Below are positions 1 through 14,262 of a DNA stretch of 64,000 bases, piece by piece. Under the pieces are notes generated by a model. That model made no database searches. It worked only from the letters and a program-made list of their open reading frames with translations, and was not told the DNA's origin. Both the position numbers and the translations under genes were made by a program. The stretch lies in NCBI RefSeq assembly GCF_009914755.1, contig NC_060927.1, one strand, 5' to 3'. Origin of the DNA: the human T2T-CHM13v2.0 reference genome, Homo sapiens. Each line of letters opens with the position of its first letter. Within the stretch, counting starts at the first letter, position 1.

Positions 1-899
1 TACAACTTGTTGCCACATTAACACCAAGCACAAGATACGGTTCTCATCATTATTTTTCTGTGAGCTCTGTGAGGGAGGTACCAGATGTTTGAGTTCTTTC
101 ACTCACACAACCATTTTATCATGGTCAATAAATACGGGTGTCTCCATTCAATCGCTGGTACCCTCAAATCCAACCTGGATGTACCAGTGCTGTGTGTAGG
201 GTTGGTTTGTGAGTTACTCCCCTCAGCAGCCCCCACACCTTGTTCCTAGCTCTCTACCCGGAGGGCCTGTCATCATCATCTCCTGACACCAAGTGCACTT
301 CCAAGGGTTAGAAGCTCATTTCTAAACTGAGAGTTTTTCTGCCTCAACCCATCAAGGTTCACTGTGAAAAGTGAAACCAGCAGATGGAACAGAAGGAAAG
401 GGTTCATTATTACAGAACATAATTTATTACCCACAGGATTCCTGAGTCATTGCCGCTGGGTGAGGAAAGAGATTCAGAGAATGTTGAGCCTGGAAGGGAG
501 GCAAGCAAGAGGCTCAAGTTTACCAATGGAGAAGCCAGGTACACAGATAACGAGTGATGTGCCCCGAGTCCTACAACAAGTTGATGGCAGAGTGGTTTCT
601 TCCACTGCAGAAGCCTGAGAGATAAATTAGAATACAAAGTAATCTGCATAGGATGAGGGTGTGACAGTGTGGTAAAGGGGAAACTTCCACGTTTTTCTCT
701 GTGCTGTTTGCATCTTGCACAAGGAGACTGCAAGATATTTATGAATTGATGATTAATGTTCAACAAAGATATACCTTTTTAAAAAAAAATACCTGACAAA
801 TAGAATAGCTTTTACTAATAGCATCAGCTCTCTGGACAGATTTCTGGGACTGCTTGTCTGGCTTCTTCTCAAATTCATGCAGCACCCTCCAGCTGCAAA

Positions 900-1140
900 G
901 TACGTGGTTAAGAGAAAGAATAGACTTCAGGATCAGACAGGTTCAAGTTTGAATGTAAACTTGATTTCTTACCAGCTATGTGATTTGGGTGAGTTAATGA
1001 CCTCCTTGTGCCTCTGTTTCCTCAGCAGTGGAGGATGGAGATAATGGTATTACATAGCTCACAGAGTTACCTTAAGACTTAAACAAGGTAAAGCATGATG
1101 GTGCTCAGAACAGTGCCTGGAGCATAGCAGCTGCTCACTT
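900..1140 (+). mobile_element. MIR SINE (degenerate)
   Basis: MIR core-like motifs: cttaccagctatgtgatttgggtgagttaatgacctccttgtgcctctgtttcctc ... agaacagtgcctgg. Confidence 0.7.
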
Positions 1141-1454
1141 TGCCACCTTGGTTTTTCATCACTTTCCTTGAGGATACTGTTATCGCTACCACTACTTCCA
1201 CACTGGTTTCGTGACATGAGACAGAGGCCACTTCTCATTCAGCTGCTTTACTCAGGTTGCTCTTGTTCCCTAGAATGGCCTCCTCTCTTCTTCCAGCCCA
1301 TCAAAAGCCTGAATTTTTTTCTATACTCAACTCAAGATTCACCCTCCAAAATTATCCCTAAATCACTGTCAAAAGTCTCCCTCTCTCCAAATGGTGATTA
1401 TGTGTTGGGAAGGTGGTGGTAATGTTTAAAGGTCTGAGCAAACACAGTGAGACA

Positions 1455-1612
1455 ACACAGCAAAGAGGAAAGAGTCTGAGCTTTGGCATCAAAAGGCTCT
1501 GACTAAAAATTGCTCATCTGCCAAATACCAACTGTGCGACCTGGAACAAATCACTTTAAACTCTCTGAGCCTTCATTTCTTCATCTGTTAAATAAGCCTC
1601 ATAATCCCCCTA
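1455..1612 (+). mobile_element. MIR SINE fragment
   Basis: actgtgcgacctggaacaaatcactttaaactctctgagccttcatttcttcatctgttaaat. Confidence 0.6.
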
Positions 1613-2057
1613 GCTATCTCTTCTGACAGAAACAGTCCAATAGACAACAGCATTAAGGATAAGAGTAAGCAAGAAGGAACAGGAGGGAAAAAGAATCAAG
1701 GGCAGGCAAAAGAACCAGGGGCCGGGGGTGGAGTGTGATGAAGATGGACAAAACCCAATTGAGGGGAACAGTGCAAGGACCTCATGTCTGTCATTAGCAG
1801 AAAAATCAGTCATGATTCCTATGAGCAGAGCCCAGTGGGCCTCATGACAGCAGATTGGTGCAGATAAAGTTTCTATCAGAAAAGCAAGGTAGGTTAGTTT
1901 CGCATTATTTAGGAAAAGACCTGGAAAGGGGAGAAAAAGGCAACAACTTATCCTTCAAAGTGTCAACAGATGGCCTAGCTGGGATGCTCCGTGACAAGGT
2001 GTGTAATGAGTAACTGTTTTTTATTGAATTCAGCTACACAGTGTTCAAGGCATATTT

Positions 2058-2678
2058 TGGTGGCAAGTTTTTGGCTCCCTAGCATATTTTCCCCATCTCT
2101 TATTTTTATAACAAACCCTGCCATGTGCACCATTACCCTCACCCAGAGCTCACAGAGATAGACAGATGACCCAAATCAGCCAATCAGAATATCCCATTTC
2201 CAGGGATCCTACTCAAAATAGTTCACAACTAGCACAGCAAGGGGGCCAAGATTCAGGATGGGCTCCTGCCACAATGTTATACACCTGCTGAATGTCAGCC
2301 CTGCCCACTCCTCTAGGCATAGGATGAGTCTAGTGGTGGACCCAAGACCACATGGGGCCAATCAGATCTTTCTCTGGGCATGAAAAAAAAATGGACCTTG
2401 GAAAGAAGGAAAGCTCTTTACATTAGGAGAGTTAAGATGTAAAACCTGAGATAAGAGAGGAAAATGAAAACAATCAGACAAGCAGGAATGAGAGATAAGC
2501 AGGGAAAAAACTCTGGTGAAGTTGTGTCCTGATTCTCAAGTCCCTGGTCCTACAGTTCTCTCCTTAATTCTATGGTCTGCACCACCATCCTTCCCAGTTG
2601 CCTGAGCCAATCAACTCATTTTTTCTTAAGCTAGTTCAAATTGGGTTTGTCTTGGACAATCAAGGGTTCTGACAAAAA
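2058..2678 (+). mobile_element. Ancient ERVL-type solo LTR (LTR16/MLT-like)
   Basis: Repeated gccaatcaga motifs and an LTR16-like 3' end (tgagccaatcaactcattttttcttaagctagttcaaattgggttt); boundaries approximate. Confidence 0.4.
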
Positions 2679-3914
2679 CTCCTCCACTCACAATGTCAAA
2701 CTTTAGCTGTGCACAAGAAGTGGCCATGTACCAAATTAATTACAGTAGAAAGACAAGGGAGCATTTGAAGGAGAAAAAAAGGAAAGGCCCTGAATCTGAG
2801 GATTCACCCTTGGGAGAAAAACATTTCCACCCACAGCACATTTGGCCACTGGAGATAGTTAATCTTAGAAAAACATCTGCTGACAATTGAGCCTTGAAGG
2901 CTCACAGTGCCTCTCCTTGTCACAGCATCCCTGTCTATACTAAGTACCCCACAGGCCTCAGGAGCTCAGTCAGCTTCAAGTTAATACACACCTTTTCCTG
3001 GGCTGAGATATCACCAGCCCCAGGTTGTTTTGAGCAAGCAAGTTCCACTATGACAAACTATTACTGTTTAAGCATTCACCAGGAATGAAGTCTCTGGGCT
3101 TCACATACAGTAAGCACCCAATGAATGCTTGTGTCATAAAAGAATAACCATGCACCACAACACAAACTTCTCAGCCTCCAACTTGACCAGATACAACAGC
3201 AGCTTCAGTCTATGGTAAATAAACCCAGCTAACACACATGCAGACAAACAGCACTGGTGAATAGTCCAAATCGCTGGTGACAGGAACTCAAATGACCAAA
3301 ACCCATGGCTTTGTCAGATCAATCCACATCTCAGTGACCTGAATCATGAGCAGAGAGTAGAAGTCACCTGAGGTTATAAAAGTCTCTGTAGGTTCTTTAC
3401 AATTAAGAAAAATCCCTGAAGTGCAAATACTCAAAAATGCAGAGCTTAGTAAAGGCCTGTACAAAGAATACCTTCAGTTTATCCCACTTAGAAAAGTACA
3501 TCAAAATGGTTGAATAACCCCAGTCAGACATGACTAGGCTTACAAGTACTTATGGCTTACTATAAGGCTATGCATCAAGTGATGCCAATAAAACAGGAAG
3601 AGGTAGGATGGAGAGCCCATCAGAGGGCAGGATGGTGGGAGCAGAAACAGAATAGGAGGAGGACACCAGCCTCACACTCTTCCAGGTCATAAAGATGACT
3701 GATTAACCTCTACCATGATTCCCTCAACTGGAGAAACTTCTGGCCCACTCCAAATACATAGGATCTACCCGCTCGCCATTTATAAGCAATAATAGTAAGC
3801 ATTCAATAAATTGTATGCGCTGAATAAGCTAGCACTTGGAAAGAGCTTCAACAGTGTTTAGACACTTAATAAGGGCCTTATAACTGTTAGCTATTACCAC
3901 CATCATGATTATCG

Positions 3915-4227
<313 letters not shown>

Positions 4228-4555
4228 ATGATTATTGTTTTTAATCTCCGCAGCACTTATATGAATTAGCTACTATTTGCTATGGTTATTTTATTAATAT
4301 ATTCATTTCCATATTTTATATGGAATTGGATGCTTAGAGAGATAGTGTGAGCTGTACAAAGTTACTCTATAAGCAGAGGAGCTTCAATTCTAAACGAGAC
4401 AACCTGGCTCAAGTGCTCTTAACAATTATGCTCTACTGCCTCACTTCAAATCAAAAAGGAGTTTCAAAAAACCCAAGGAACTGCCTCCTGCCAGTAACTT
4501 TTATATGCTATGACTATGTAAGCATGACCTTCTCACTTCTCCCCGTCCCCTACTC

Positions 4556-4740
4556 CAGTGGTTCTCAAACATTACATACATTAAAATCACTCTGGGGGCT
4601 AAAACACAGATTTCTGGGTCCCATCCTCAGAGTTTCTGATTCAGGAGGCATGGGGTGGAACTTGGGAGTTTCCATTTCTGGCACTTTCCCTAATAATGCT
4701 GGTCCTGCTGGTACAGACACTACACTCTAACAACCCCTGC
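4556..4740. mobile_element. MER5A hAT-Charlie MITE
   Basis: Starts cagtggttctcaaa; internal cagagtttctgattcagga; about 185 bp. Confidence 0.75.
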
Positions 4741-4884
4741 CCCATTCTAGCCCTCAACTCATGATTCTACCAATCATTCAAATGGCCAAGTTCTCCAAGA
4801 AGCATTCTAGAGCTTCTTTGGGTATAACGATATGGTTACAACACATCCGTCTCCTTCCTTTTCACACACTCTAATTTCCTTGAC

Positions 4885-5850
4885 CATTCAAGTCATTCAT
4901 TCCACACATGATTACCAAGCTCCTACTATGTGCCTGCAACAGGCACTGGGGATACAGCCATGAACACTGCAGAATGGATCGCCACCCTGCAGAAGCACAC
5001 AGTAGGTGTTAACCAAATGAACACACAAAATACACTACATTTCAAATTGGTCAAGTGCTATGAAGAAAAATAACTGCTTCTACAACAGAAAACCACAAGG
5101 GAAACTGTAGTGGAGATCCATCGGCTTTCATCTATCCAGTAGCCATTCTTCCCTGTTCCTCCCCGCCGGACTTCCTGAGTCACCCCTCCCTCACACAGAT
5201 AGACATGTTCTCCACACTACCTTGGGAGATTAACCTCAAACACAGGGCTCCACACTCTCCCTAATCCAGGCCTAGCCAGACCAGAAAAGAGAAACCTTAA
5301 TGGTCTCTAGCCATTGCTCCTTTTCCCCCTGCTATGTGGTGGAAGTCAGTCCTCAGGTGGGAAGAATGAGAACAACAGTGAGCCATGGAGTTAAGAGGTG
5401 GGAGGAGCACAGCAGAGCTAAAATGCAGGAGGCATTGCTTTTAGTCCCTAGAGCCAGTCATGCTTGAGGTCAGCTCCATCCCTGGGCTCCCTGTTTCAGG
5501 AGCCAACACATTCCTTTTTCTAATTTTCATTACTTTATTGCAAATAATCATTATGAATACAGAGACCTAATTTATATTTGAGTGTGATGCTTCTTTGAAG
5601 AAGTAATACTTAGGTTAAGACCTAAAGAATGAGTTGGAGTAGCCATAGGGACAGTTGGAGGTTACAGAAAGAGAACACAATGTATGCAAAGGCCCTGCAA
5701 TGGGAAAGAGTTTCCCGCAGGAACTAAAAACAGAAGAGGTGTGGTGGACCAGTGTGGTGGGAGAGGAGGGGAGAGAGGTAGTTGGGGTTGGACCATGCAG
5801 ACTATGTGGATGACTTTGTAAGTCATTTTCAATATATCATTTATAACTAT
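4885..5850 (-). mobile_element. L2 fragment interrupted by an ERVL/MaLR-like LTR (about 5106-5560)
   Basis: L2 3'-end motifs (cattcattcc...ctcctactatgtgcc...ggcactggggatacagc; tgcaaaggccctg); LTR-like insert starting tgtagtgg. Confidence 0.5.
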
Positions 5851-7084
5851 GAATCTTCAGTTTATCTTATGATTTCAGTGAAAATAACTTTATTTAAGTC
5901 AAAATTAATTTTCCTAGACACCTGCTCTAACTCAAAACATAGTTATCCACATACCAAGCCACCCTACTATGTCTCCTTCACCCTTTGTATATACACATCT
6001 CTTGCTGCATTCAGCTAACTCTGGGCCCCAATTCCCCTCATCCTAGATTAGAAAAAAAAGCACACATCCTCTGGTAGCAGATGGCAAGTGACAGAATACT
6101 CAGGGTAGCACTGCTGTTCCAATAACTAAGTTTATGGAAAGCAGCCCCCGTGGGGCCAATTAGAACCAACTCTGACTAATAGCAGCCACATTCTCTGATC
6201 TGCCCTCACCTTTATGCGGCTCTGCTTCACTGCTTCCCTAGGTCTGATGTATGGGGAATTTAAGGGTGATAGAAAATGTGGTTACTGAGAAGTTCAAACA
6301 CCTGCTCTCTTTAAATAAAAGGACATTCAATATTCTTTCCTCCAGCTTTCCAAGGTCCCAAATCCTAAAAACCACACTGTAAATTCTTAGAACCCTGACA
6401 TATCAATTCTTTTAAATGGACCATTTTAGTTAGTAATAAAAGTACCCAGTGGCAGCAGCACTAGAAAGAGATGCCTCTTACAGCCATTACTAGATGTCAG
6501 GCACCAAGAGGAGCCCCTCCATCCTTTGTCTCATAAACCTACAATTTTTTCCAAATTGCGAATACAGAAATTGAAGCTCAAAAAGGTGAATTATTGTAAC
6601 TAAGGGTGGCTAGAAGGTAAAGGTAAGAAATGAGAGTCAAACCCAAATGCCAAAGTGTGTGCCAATAACCACAGTGTTATGTGACCTTCATTATCAAGAA
6701 ACTGTGCTGAGTGATGTACGAAGCAATTTAGATGAAAACGGCAACTAGCCTCCAGGAATATAAACTCCAAGTGAAATAAAACAAGGACATACATACAGAT
6801 AAGTAAAATGTTGAACAAATAAACACACTCTGTGTGGCCAATCTCTCACTGGCTGGTCTAAACTTAGGACTCAAGAGAAGCATCCTTCCCTGGTTGTCAC
6901 AAGAATCCACTGCCCACCCGGACAATCATCCTCCTTCATATGCTAGCAACTAGGTGTGTATGTTCCATTCCTGTGAAATCCTCTGGTGAGCCTTTGATAA
7001 TCCACCTTTCTTATAAATGTCCACAGCCCCAAAAGCCAAGAAGAGAAACCACAAGAGCATGTCTTAGCCATGTCATTTCTCCTA

Positions 7085-7285
7085 AGACTTTCAGCACCAT
7101 TCCTTACTAACCAGGTAATTTGAGAAAAACTATTGCACCTCTCCAGGCCTTAGTTCTCTCATCTATGAAATTACCTTGCTTAGGAGGTTGCTGTGAGGAC
7201 TACATGAAATAATTCATACATAATGTTTGGCATTTAGCATAATGCCTGACACACAGTAAACATTTAATAAATTCCAATTATTATG
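7085..7285 (+). mobile_element. MIR SINE
   Basis: ggttgctgtgaggactacatgaaataat...aatgcctgacacacagtaaacatttaataaa. Confidence 0.65.
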
Positions 7286-7392
7286 GGCCATATCATCAAG
7301 TATGATCTGCTCCAAGAAAATAAGAAGTCTGAAAATCAGAATTTCCAAATAGATACATTAAAAATTATTAACAACACTAAAAGAAACTTCAG

Positions 7393-7700
<308 letters not shown>

Positions 7701-7770
7701 AAACTTCATTTTGTGAGAATTTACGATAGTTTTTTTTTTTTAGATAGAAGTTTCCCTAGAGCATTACAAA

Positions 7771-8566
7771 TGTGACTTGGTCTGTGCTGTTTGTACTCAC
7801 AGCACTTCCAAAACCAAATGTGTCCTTTCTTTCCTTACAGCAACCAATTCTCCAACTCTCCAGACACCAACCAGTTGTCCTGCAGTCCAACTCAATTCTG
7901 ACACTAACTACTCAGAGTTAAACTTCGCAGGTTTAAAGGTTCAGTCCCACAAGACTGCCCTCATTTCAGATGCCAATCATAAGTATTGTGCCCACAATCA
8001 TAAGTGCCAACAGTTTGGTCTGTCTTGGCAACAAAAGAAGAAGAGTTCCTACAACCCACCTTTCTGTTTTGATAATTTGGTAAAATGGCTTACAGAACCC
8101 AGGGCAACACTTGACTTATATTTATTGGTTTATTATAAAGGATACAACTCAGGAAAGCCAGACGGAAAAGGCACATGGGGCAAGAAAGGAGGAGACAGGT
8201 GTGTGGAGCTTCCGTGCCCTCTCCGGATATGCCACCTTCCCAGCACCTCAACATGTTCACCAAATTGGAATTTCTCCAGAGGATTCATAACCTAGGTATG
8301 ACTGATTAAATCATTGCCCGCTGGTGATTAGCTCAATCTCCAGCCCCTCTCTCTTCCCCAGTGGTGGGGCTGAAATTCCCAATCCTCTAATCGTGCCTTC
8401 GTCTTTCTGGTGACCAGCCTCCATTCTGAAGCTGTCTGGGGGCCTCCAGCCACCAGTCATCCCATTGGTAAACAAAAGACACTCCTATCACTCCGGAGAT
8501 TCCAAGGGCTTTAGGACCTGTGTACAAGAAACTGGGGACCAAATACATATTTTTTATTTTATCACA
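7771..8566 (-). mobile_element. MER21-family solo LTR
   Basis: TG...CA termini (tgtga ... atcaca); reverse complement of the MER21-like start; internal caattctgacactaacta and cagtcccacaagactgccc. Confidence 0.8.
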
Positions 8567-9774
8567 TATGGGTTCCCAAAAGTTACCTCACCACAACTTT
8601 GAAAAAAGTCTATGCTTTAAAGGGAGGTACATGTGAATTACAGGGTTTCATAACCCTATGTCTACAAAAGATTTATAGAAGGGATAAGAATATTATCAGA
8701 AAGATCTGCCCATTTCTAGAGAAAGAACACCAGCTAACAGATATTCCTGAACAATTCACCATGCCAGAGAATGACAAAAAGCGAAATTTTCCAGCCTGGA
8801 ACTGACTACAGAGCTGGCCTGTTAATAGCTAGGCACAATCGAGTTTTGAGAGGTGGGAACGCATTTATTACAAGAAAATGAGGAAGAGGACTGTGATGCA
8901 ACCAACTATGTAATCTCAGCCAGGTCACATAACCTTTAGGACTTCAGTTTCCCTGTTAATGAAATGAGATCATTGTACATAAATGATTTTTCAGGCCCAT
9001 TTTGGTTTTTAAATGCAACGACCTTAGAAAGGCTACCATTGCCTGCAGAAGATAATACAGAGAACTTTTCTCAAATAACACCACACTTCAAATAGAAAGC
9101 ATGCTACTAATACATTATTTCAATCTCTAACCTTGTCCCTTGCTGTTACCCAAACAAGTTAACAATTTAATCTGTAAGAAATGAAACTTGAATTGATTAT
9201 TTTGAAGAGCAGGTCACAGAGGTATCTGCTATCCTAATTGCCCCAATGATATGCCCTTTCCTGCTTTGCATGCAAAGAAGGGGACATCCTCTTCAAAAAT
9301 CAGGGGCAGGCAGAACAGCCTTCTGTTAAGAAATCACTGTTCCTTAATAACACATAGCCCTTCATGTTGGAAAAATCACTGCATTTATCTGAGAAGTGTG
9401 TCAACAGCTGCATGTTGAGAAGAATCTTGGCAATGGGAGGTAAATATGTATGCTACATGGGTATCTGGAAAACAAAAATCATCCTACCTTTATGTCACAG
9501 TCATAAAGAATTTTATCACATAAAGAATGTATCAACTCTCAGAGTGAACTCATTACAGATAAATTCATTACATGTTTTATTAAGTCTAGGAAAAAGATGC
9601 ATTTCTTAATTTGTCAAGTGGCAAAGAGTATAGGTGGTATTGAAGAGAATTATTTTAATGGGAATGATCAGAACAAGTAACTGAAACTAGTGAGTGTCTC
9701 ATGTAAATTCCTCCTGGTGCTTCATTGATAAATGTAAATGGAGTCCATCTTAGGTAACCAGACTCAGCATATGC

Positions 9775-10275
9775 ATCAAAGTTCTTATTTGTAAGCAGCA
9801 AAACTGACATTGACTAATTTTATCAAAAGCAACCATACTGGGGCAGGAGAGTGTCAGACCCAATAGGAGCCTGGAAGAGCAGGCTTAGAACCATGCAGCA
9901 ACCAAGGAACTCGAAGAGGCCAAGATGAGGGAAAGACAGCAAGCACGTTGTTGCCAGAACAGTCAAACCAAAATGTCACTGCAGCTGTTCCCCGCGATGA
10001 ATAATATCCAACTGTACTTTGTGTCCTTAAATCACTCAGTCAAGATTCAAAATTCTGAGGAAGAATATGACTGCCAGGGTTCATCACGTCAGTCCCCTGT
10101 GAGCCAAGAGAAGGAGGCTCTGTGCTCTTCAGATTCCATAGAGAGACAAGCACCTGAAAATTTACCCTCCCAGCAATACTACATGAAACAGTGGAGAATG
10201 GTCCCTCAAAGGAAATCAGGGAATTATTCAAAAGGAAGAATTTATGCTTGCTTGCAGCCAAAAGAAAACAAAAAA
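9775..10275 (-). mobile_element. Old MaLR LTR (MLT1-like) fragment
   Basis: gttcttatttgtaagcagcaaaactgac start and gtccctcaaaggaaatcaggg motif; degenerate. Confidence 0.4.
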
Positions 10276-12199
10276 AAATGAAAGAAAGCTATAACCAACA
10301 GAGTTGTATCTGTATTTGTTTGGTTATCATTTAATAAATTATTCAAGGCCATATGGTATTTTTTTTTAAAAGGCAGTCCGGGGTATAGAAGATCTCACTA
10401 TCAAAAATAAAAATTCAATATCTAATACATTCTCAGCACCTTAGATGTCCGTAGCTGTTGTGCGTTAAGAAAGAATGGGATTCCAATGCAGGTGTTATGC
10501 CTGTACTCAAAGCAAAAATGTCCAAGCACCAGGTTGCCAGACAAATCCCCACAGAGTCATTGGGTTACAGTCCTCCTTTTCCTCCCTCATCTGAAGAAGG
10601 ATAAAAAATGCAGGTGAATCCACGGGTCTCACCAGGAGTCCCTAACTTTCAAATTTAAATATGTGCAGCTGCAGTTAACAAAAGCCTCTGGTGTTAAGTA
10701 AAGCAAACATCTGTACCCACTCCTAAGCCAGGTTTTCAATAGTGAATGCAAAACAAATGATCTGGACTTAGGAAGCCTCATCCTCAGATCCCAAAAACAA
10801 ATGGGATGTTTGGCAGCAGCAGACGCTTTACAGATCACTGCTACACCTTCTGTGGGAGCTTGGTCAGCATTTATTCTGAGATCCGCAGATGGCATTATGA
10901 GAGATGTCATTATGGCCTAGCAGGTCAATGTTAGTTGATGTGTTTAAAAATCTATCTATTCCAAACCTTCCTACTTCACTGAACAATGAGGTATATGTTA
11001 TAGCAATAACATTTCTTGTAGGGAGTTTTGACCTACAGTGGGCCATTTTCTTTTTTTATGAGCCGTTTTCATTTTTAATATAAATTTCTCACAGGCTCTT
11101 CTTCCCATTCCATGAGAAAGTAGTCAACTTAGATGCTTTCAGTGAGCAATTACTAAGCTATAAAATAAGTACCAAGCTAATTTGGTGTGTGTGGTTTTTT
11201 AACATAAACAAAAGGCTTCCCTGTTATACTGACAGAACAGACAACCAATTTGAATTGTTTAAAATAAAGTATTCAATTTAGAAAGGCCTTAAAATACCAC
11301 ACTGCAGTTTCAAAATGTCTGAGTCATGAAAGACTGTTTGGGCACAGATGAGCAGATGTGAAATGCTATTACAGAAGTTTCTTAAGGGAGTCCCTGAACC
11401 TATGTGAGTTAGGTAAGGACATGAGTTTAAAACGAAGTCAATACTAAATAAGCTTCAGAAAAAAGGGTATGTGGTTAAAAGCAGAGTACTGCTCTTCCCT
11501 TCCTCAAAGTAACAGCACCAGGGTTTGCACCGATGCACCAATAAATATTCATTTGTACCCAGAGATGCTCCAACATTGACCAGATTCCCCCAGGGACTAG
11601 GTCACACTTACCTAATTAGCAATTAACTCTTATTGTTCATTAGTGTCCCATATGTACTGAAGCAATGACCTCCTGGCCTGAAAGAATTATGGCCATTTTT
11701 CTAAAGGCGCCTAAACTGGGAACTTGGATAATTTTTCAAAAGATGCACAATGCTAACAATTGTACGGGTGTTTAATTTATCCATAGTTACAGATAGTCAA
11801 AAGAACTGGGATCTGGTCCTGACTCTTGTTTCTACAAGTTGCTTAACCTTTCTGACCCTCTGTTTCCTCACTTTTAAAGTCAGAGGTTGAATAATTATAT
11901 AATTTTTATAATTAAATATTTATATTTTATAGAAATAAATTCGCATGCAAGAAAAGGAACTGATTTATCAAAAGTCAAAGGGAATATGAATTGTTACAGG
12001 TCTTTCAACTTCTAAGCACAAGCAGCAATTGGAAACTTTACCTTCAGGTATTAAATGTTTTCTTTCATGTTTCTGCTTTTGTTTTATCCTCCCTCAGACT
12101 TTATAATGCTAACTCCCTATGTAGATGCTGGATGGTATCTTTTCGTTTCTCCTGCTCATTCACGTATCCATTCAACTAACATGTATATGACTGTTTATG

Positions 12200-13160
12200 T
12201 GTATTCATATATATACAGAACTCACAGCCTAGTAGGATCATTTGTGCAAGCAAGAATTACTGTACAGCATGATATATGCTCCAAAAGAAGAAGTAAAAAT
12301 TTCCCTGCAAACACCTATTAGTGGTTCCTATTCCAGACTTTAGTGTTAAGGAAGTATTTGGGGAGAAGGGAATATCTCAGCCAACTTCAGATGCAGAAGA
12401 TGAGAATGGGCTACCAGTTAAAGAGGGATGGGGGAACTATTCCAGGCCAAAAAAAGAAAAAAGCCTACATGACATTCCAGAAGCAAAAGAGAGCATGGCA
12501 TCGTCAAGGAAAATAAATTCGTTTAGCAAGAAGTGGGCTAACAAGGTCTGAAGATGCATTATCAAGGGCATTTGTATGTAGATGTGTGTGTGTATCCACA
12601 TATCCATATATGTATAATACATATCAGAGGTTTAACAGGAACGTAACATTGACTGAATTTGTATTTTAAAAAGATCACTCCGGCTGCAGTTGGGTGAATA
12701 AATTTGAAGACAGTAACACCAGAGGCAGAGAAACCAGGCAGGAAACAGCTGCAGTAACCTAGCTGAGAAACAACAGTGGGCTGGACAAGAGCAACAGCAG
12801 TAGAGACAAAGGAAAGTGGATGGAAATATCTAAAATGTAGCAGAAAGCATCAACAGAACTTTATGACTGGCTGGATAAAGGGGGATAAGGGAGAGGAAGG
12901 AGTCAAGATTAACACCTTATTTTCTTGCCTGAGCAATTATCTGAGGGTGGTGCCATCCATTGTCATGTGGCAGATTAACAAGTTCTAGGGGTAAGGATAA
13001 ATACAGTTTTGAATTTCATAAATTTGAGGCACCTGTTCAGGAGAATAATACTAGGCTAGACCAGAGATACAGATTTGGGAGTCACCAGCATATCAAAGGC
13101 AAAATCAAGTAGGGAGAAAGTACTAAGAAGAAAATACAGCATAGAAGAAAGCCCTTAGGA
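12200..13160 (-). mobile_element. L2 LINE fragment
   Basis: L2 motifs: ttttaaaaagatcactccggctgcag, gagaggaaggagtcaagat, gatacagatttgggagtcaccagcata. Confidence 0.65.
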
Positions 13161-13614
13161 TAACCAATTAGTAAATGACTAAATTAACCATTATACAACT
13201 CTAAATTACGCAAGTGCTAAAAATTATAATTAGGAAAAATGCTTTACGATATTCTGTTGCATTTAAGAGATATATCATAAAACCAAATGTATTACCTCTA
13301 TGTACTTACAAGGGAACATCCTAGGCCCTTCTCTGGACATTCTTAGAGAACCTCATGCCCTCATATTTCTTATGGCAGTGGAAGGTTGGGACAAGGAGTC
13401 AGGAAAACTATCTGCTGATATTTTTTATGCATAAGCATCTAAAATCATTAGATGCAAGTACCATCTCCCTCCCCTTCTTTTCATTCAACGCTGCCCTGAA
13501 TCACTGCTTCCCTCCCCACCTGCCATGCTACTCGTCTCTGAGGTGGTTTCCATGGCAGTGATGAAGCATTAAAGAGGAAATACAAGCACATGTCTATACC
13601 AATGTGTACAATAA

Positions 13615-13846
13615 TTTTTTTGAGACAGGGTCTGGCTCTGTCATACAGGTTGGAGTTCAGCGATAGGATTTTGGCTCACCATAACCTCTACCTACCTGTC
13701 TCAAGCCATTCCCCTACCTTAGCCCCCCAGATAGCTGGGATAACCAGGCATGCATCACCACATCTTGCTAATTTTTTGTATAGATGGGGTTTTGCCATGT
13801 TGCCCAGGCTGGTCTTGAACTTCTGGGCTAAAGTGATCCTTCCAAC
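13615..13846 (-). mobile_element. AluJ-like, 5'-truncated
   Basis: ttttgagacagggtct...gttgcccaggctggtcttgaacttctgggctaaagtgatcctt. Confidence 0.85.
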
Positions 13847-14132
13847 TAGATAGTAAAAATTCAGTTTAAAAGCTACAAAGGAAACTAATAGAAAAACCAC
13901 ATATCTAACAGAAATTGGCAAGGGATAATAAATGTGAGCTAACTTTCTCATATTCATATTGATAAGTTGTAAATTTCCCAAAGCTAAGAAATCAAGGACA
14001 AGAGATATAAGCACCTTACAACTACCAAAGGAACTAAAAAGAAAAATGAGAAATGGTCAAAGATAAATGCTTTTTCTAATGACTGGGCCATTAGGAAAAG
14101 GGGGAAAATACATTTTTAAAAAAATAGACTTT

Positions 14133-14262
14133 AGCCAGGCTCGCAGGCACCTGCCTATAGTCCCAGCTACTCAGGAGGCCGAAGCAGGAGGATCACTTGA
14201 ACCCAGAAGTTCAAGTTCAGCATGGGCAACATAGTGAGACCCCCATCTCTAAATAAATAAAT
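14133..14262 (+). mobile_element. FLAM-type Alu monomer inserted in the tail of an old L1M
   Basis: Single monomer ending catagtgagacccccatctct plus a (TAAA)n tail; flanked by the degenerate TSD aaatagacttta / aaacaaacttta. Confidence 0.8.

Noticed and set aside
7777-8295. 172-aa plus-strand ORF
   Set aside because: It lies entirely within the MER21 LTR (antisense), has a non-ATG start and shows no recognisable domain.
10430-10920. Possible minus-strand host exon or 93-aa ORF
   Set aside because: Splice signals are weak and I recognise no protein similarity.
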